From positions 1 to 36,612 of the forward strand of contig CAZHPN010000042.1 of NCBI GenBank assembly GCA_964534375.1: a stretch of 36,612 bases of DNA, written 5' to 3'. Below are positions 33,297 to 36,612 of the stretch, piece by piece; position 1 is the first letter of the stretch; each line of letters starts with the position of its first letter. Source of the DNA: an uncultured bacterium (GTDB lineage Bacteria > Lernaellota > Lernaellaia > Lernaellales > Lernaellaceae). The notes beneath the pieces were generated by a model. It saw only the letters and a list, made by a program, of their open reading frames with translations, had not been told where the DNA came from and ran no database searches. The position numbers and the translations under genes were made by a program.

Positions 33297-33412
33297 TGAA
33301 ATTTTAAACACAGAGAGCACAGAGGAAGGCACAGAGGGCACAGAGGATTTTTTTGCTTTTTTCTCTGTGTTCTCTGTGTTCTTTTCTCTGTGTCCTCTGT
33401 GTTTAAAATTCA
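33297..33412. repeat. Long imperfect palindrome built of CACAGAG units between lexA and imuA
   Basis: AATTTTAAACACAGAG (33300-33315) pairs with CTCTGTGTTTAAAATT (33395-33410); four CACAGAG units on the left arm and four CTCTGTG units on the right. Confidence 0.88.
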
Positions 33413-33415
33413 ATT

Positions 33416-34018
33416 TCACAGCATCCTCCTTATCTCAATTACCTTCCCCAAGATCGTCACCTCTTCCGGCGGCGGCGCGAGCGGCGGAAAATCCGGATTT
33501 TCGGCGTGCAATTCGATCCGCCCGCCGGGCAGGCGCAACCGCTTCACAGTCGCCTCGTCGCCCACCAGCGCCACGACGATCTCGCCCGCGTCGGCGGTCG
33601 GTTGGCGGCGGACGATGGCGATGTCCCCCGGCAAAATCCCCGCGCCGATCATGCTGGCGCCGCGCACGCGCAACGCGAACAACTCGCCGTGCGCCTCGCC
33701 CGCCAAAACCGGAAGATAGCCCTCCGGGTTTTCGATCGCCGCCGTCAACGCGCCGGCCTGCACCTGCCCGAGAAGCGGAATCAGCGCCGGCAGCCCCGGC
33801 CGCCCCGCCGGCAGCCGATACCCTCGCGCCTGCCCTTCCTCGCGCCCCAATCGGCCCGCGGCGATCAGTTTTTCCAGGTGCCGCCGCGCCGTCTCTACGG
33901 CCGAAAACCCCATCGCCGCCTGCACCTCCCGCACGGTCGGCGATTGCCCGGCCAGAATCCGTTCGCGCACGAACCGAAAAACCAACTCCCGCGTTTCCCC
34001 TTCCGGCGTGTACGCCAT
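33416..34018 (-). CDS. lexA: LexA repressor
   Basis: wHTH SPTVREV, Ala-Gly cleavage site VQAG, catalytic Ser in VRGASM and Lys in ATVKR; AAGGAGG RBS. Confidence 0.95.
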   Translation of the reverse strand: MAYTPEGETRELVFRFVRERILAGQSPTVREVQAAMGFSAVETARRHLEKLIAAGRLGREEGQARGYRLPAGRPGLPALIPLLGQVQAGALTAAIENPEGYLPVLAGEAHGELFALRVRGASMIGAGILPGDIAIVRRQPTADAGEIVVALVGDEATVKRLRLPGGRIELHAENPDFPPLAPPPEEVTILGKVIEIRRML

Positions 34019-34039
34019 GCCCGCCTCCTTGGCTGATTT

Positions 34040-34070
34040 AATCTATAACAGTCATTTGTCTGCTTTGCAA
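34040..34070 (-). promoter_or_regulatory. Probable lexA promoter with an overlapping imperfect palindrome (candidate SOS box)
   Basis: Minus strand: TTGCAA, 17 nt, TATAGA (or TAGATT at 19 nt); the spacer contains CAGACAAATGACTG (34049-34062). Confidence 0.5.
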
Positions 34071-34123
34071 GGGCGCAACCAGCTTTCCTGAGGGTCGCGA
34101 AAAAATACTATTAAATTGGTTTG

Positions 34124-34372
34124 TTATGCGTCCGGAGGGGCGCCGCTGTCGTCGGTCTCGGTGTGTTCTTCGCGCAGTTGTTCGACGACGTGCTTGTTCG
34201 CCGGTTCGACGAGCGATTGCAGTTCCAGCATGGCGCTGGCGGCCGTGCCGGGCGAGGCTTTCTTCTTGCGCCAATAAATCCAGCCGCGCGCCTCGCACCA
34301 CAGCAGGAAGCGGTCCAGCGCAATCGCGCCGGCGACGATCGCCGCGGCGACGAGCAGCCATTTAATCGCCAT
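34124..34372 (-). CDS. Small membrane-anchored hypothetical protein (DUF6191-like)
   Basis: 82 aa with an N-terminal TM helix, LLWCEARGWIYWR and a DDSGAPP tail; overlaps the end of the upstream gene. Confidence 0.65.
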   Translation of the reverse strand: MAIKWLLVAAAIVAGAIALDRFLLWCEARGWIYWRKKKASPGTAASAMLELQSLVEPANKHVVEQLREEHTETDDSGAPPDA

Positions 34373-35714
34373 CGGCGGCCTCCTCACGCAGACCCTTCGC
34401 CTTGCGCTGCAAGCGGGCCAGGCGATAGCGAAACGCTTCGCGCGCCGCCTCGTCGGCGAACACCGGCGCGTCCAGCACGCCGGCGACCAGCCGCATCGCT
34501 TCGCCCCACTCCTTGCGGCGGTGCTCCAACCACTTCGCCATTTCCTCGACGGCAAACAGATCGAACGGATCGGCCGCCAACTGCGCGCGCCAGAGCGCGA
34601 CGGCGTCGTCCCACCGGCCGGCGCGTTTGTGCAGCAGCGACAATTCGCGGCCCCCCTCGCCGACGGTTTCGGCAACGCGCGCCGCCAGCAGGTCGCGCAA
34701 CATTTTTTCCGCCGCCGCCGGATCGCCGCGCAGCACGTGCAGCCGCGCCGCGGCGACGACGTCGGACGGTTCGGCGTCGGGCGTCGCGACGCCCCGGGTC
34801 AGCAGTTCCGCCAGGTGCACGGCCAGGACGCCGAGCGAGACGATGTCCTGGCGGTTGTGATCGAGGATGTCGGCGATCAGCCGCGCGTCGCGCGAGCGCA
34901 GGTAATCGAAATAGCGCTGCGGAATTTCGCTGCCCGGGACGTCGCCGACGCGCCGGCGGCCGAGCACCGCCTCTTCGATCGTGACCAGCCGCGAATTGTC
35001 CAAGCGATGGCCGAGCAAGCGCCGCGACGGGTGCAGCAGGTCGAGATGCGGCAAGCCGCCGAGCGGATCGGGTTGGCGATTGAGCACGAACCGCGCCGCA
35101 AGCAGCGCCATGTCAAAGGTCTTGCCGTTGAACGAGACGAGAAATTTCCGGTCGACCGCCAGCGTCCGCAACACCGACAGCGCCGCCGCTTCCTCGGTGA
35201 AGTCGCGCGCGAAAATCAGCCGCGTGACGAAGCGGTCGCCGGCGAACCAGCCGACGCCGATCAGAAACGCCAGCGTGCCCGTGCCGCCGGCGAGGCCCGT
35301 GGTTTCAGTGTCGAGAAACAGCGCGTCGGCCGGCGCGAGGCCGGCGAGCCGCGGGTCGTCCGCGAGGCGCGCCGCGGCGGCCATGTCCAACTCCTGCATT
35401 TCGCGCAGGCGGCGCCGGCCCCAGAACAGCCCGGCGTCGAATTCGTCGGTCGCGACGAACACCTTGCCGTACGGCGTGGCGACCTCGTCGCCCTTCGCCA
35501 CCGATTCGACGCCGAGCGGCGTGTAGACCGGTTCCGCCCTTTCCGACTTGTCCGCGGCGTCGGATTTGTCCGACCCGTCCGCCGCCGTCGGCCGGCGTTC
35601 GAGAATCTGTTCGATGCGGGCGCGAAGCTCGGAGATTTTTTTCTGCTTGTCGTCTTCCGGCCGGGCGGGCTTGGCGTCGCCGGTCAGCCGATCGAGGCGG
35701 TCGCGCAGGCTCAT
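34362..35714 (-). CDS. RNase H-like (DEDD) exonuclease with TPR-like C-terminus, YprB/MrfB-like
   Basis: FLDTETTGLAGG, SFNGKTFD, HLDLLH and HNRQD; helical C-terminus; ATGA overlap with the helicase stop. Confidence 0.88.
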   Translation of the reverse strand: MSLRDRLDRLTGDAKPARPEDDKQKKISELRARIEQILERRPTAADGSDKSDAADKSERAEPVYTPLGVESVAKGDEVATPYGKVFVATDEFDAGLFWGRRRLREMQELDMAAAARLADDPRLAGLAPADALFLDTETTGLAGGTGTLAFLIGVGWFAGDRFVTRLIFARDFTEEAAALSVLRTLAVDRKFLVSFNGKTFDMALLAARFVLNRQPDPLGGLPHLDLLHPSRRLLGHRLDNSRLVTIEEAVLGRRRVGDVPGSEIPQRYFDYLRSRDARLIADILDHNRQDIVSLGVLAVHLAELLTRGVATPDAEPSDVVAAARLHVLRGDPAAAEKMLRDLLAARVAETVGEGGRELSLLHKRAGRWDDAVALWRAQLAADPFDLFAVEEMAKWLEHRRKEWGEAMRLVAGVLDAPVFADEAAREAFRYRLARLQRKAKGLREEAADGD

Positions 35715-36612
35715 GCGTCGATGAGCGAGAGGATCGCCAGCGCCGCCTCTTTGGCCGTGGCGCCGACTTCGAGGGTCGGACCGACGCAGCTCGGGCAGCC
35801 GCTTTTGCACGGGCAGGCGGCGATCGACGCCTTGGCCCGCGCGACGAGTTCGTGGTGCTTGGCGAACAGCAGATCGGAAAAGCCGATGCCGCCGGGGTAA
35901 GCGTCGTAGAGGAACAGCGTCGGGTCGAACGCGTCGACCTTCGGCGCGCCGTCGCCCGCGTCCTCGCCGCCGCCGACGATCTTGCGGCCGTCGCGGCCGT
36001 GCTTGACGAACCACGCGCCGCTCTTGTCGCCGATGCAGCGGTCCAGGTCGCGCACGTCGGACATCAGCAGCATCGCCGCGAGATGGTGCAGGCTGTACGC
36101 GAGGCCGGAGAGGCCGTCGATCAATTCCTCGCGCGTGAACGGCAGCGACTCGAGCCGGTCTTTCGGAATCGTGAACCAGTAGCTGGTCGTGTGCATGTCT
36201 TTTTCGGGCAGGTTCACATCGCCGTAGCCGACGTTCTCGGCCGTATAAAACTTGATCTTTTTGTAGCCGACGACCTTGCGCACGACCTGCACTTCGCCGT
36301 GTTCGAAAATCACGTTCGGCTTTTGCTGCGAGGCGAATTCCTCGATCACGCGGACGTTGGCGTAGGTCATCGCGTCGGTGTAGTAGTCCACGTCCACTTG
36401 GCGAACGTAAGCCTTCTTGCGTTCGAGGTCGAGTTGATCGACGTGGTACTGGCGCGATTCGACCATGTAAATCGCGTCGTCGTGCACCGTGGTGAACGCG
36501 CTGTCCCAATCGACTTCGGCGATGACCTTGTGGTCGCCGGCGACGGTCGTGTCGACGACGACGACGTTCTCCGGGTTGACCGACCGCAGCGACACCTCGT
36601 CGGCCGGGTAGC
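35711..36612 (-). CDS. DEAD/DEAH helicase with DUF1998 Zn-binding domain (YprA/MrfA/Hrq1-like), 3' part only
   Basis: Frame open to the window edge (YPADEVSLRS...), with VHDDAIY, YYTDA, LYDAYPGGIG and CPCKSGCPSC. Confidence 0.9.
   Translation of the reverse strand, partial: YPADEVSLRSVNPENVVVVDTTVAGDHKVIAEVDWDSAFTTVHDDAIYMVESRQYHVDQLDLERKKAYVRQVDVDYYTDAMTYANVRVIEEFASQQKPNVIFEHGEVQVVRKVVGYKKIKFYTAENVGYGDVNLPEKDMHTTSYWFTIPKDRLESLPFTREELIDGLSGLAYSLHHLAAMLLMSDVRDLDRCIGDKSGAWFVKHGRDGRKIVGGGEDAGDGAPKVDAFDPTLFLYDAYPGGIGFSDLLFAKHHELVARAKASIAACPCKSGCPSCVGPTLEVGATAKEAALAILSLIDA

Overview
GC-rich bacterial chromosomal segment; the gene content looks deltaproteobacterial or myxobacterial, but taxonomy cannot be proven from this window. 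From left to right it holds: the 3' tail of a probable REP-associated tyrosine transposase; an operon for an uncharacterised glycyl radical enzyme, its radical-SAM activase and a tandem FMN split-barrel protein; a secreted C45 Ntn-hydrolase and an MFS transporter; a TolC-MFP-RND-TetR efflux operon with a clear sigma70 promoter and two operators; a nonsense-disrupted four-helix-bundle gene between inverted heptamer arrays; MenA-like prenyltransferase, geranylgeranyl-reductase-family and membrane-protein genes; a hypothetical protein, an MBL hydrolase and a protein built from 12 tandem HTH-like repeats; a metallophosphoesterase, serS and a large lipoprotein; and a DNA-damage cluster (mrfA/mrfB-like helicase and nuclease, lexA-imuA-imuB-dnaE2). 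The most unusual signals are the 12-repeat HTH protein with hypervariable recognition-helix positions, a family of 7-mer and 9-mer arrays and REP-like hairpins that recurs between genes and in frame inside them (notably in dnaE2), and the orphan glycyl radical operon. No rRNA, tRNA or CRISPR array was seen. All family assignments come from motif recognition by eye, not database searches.
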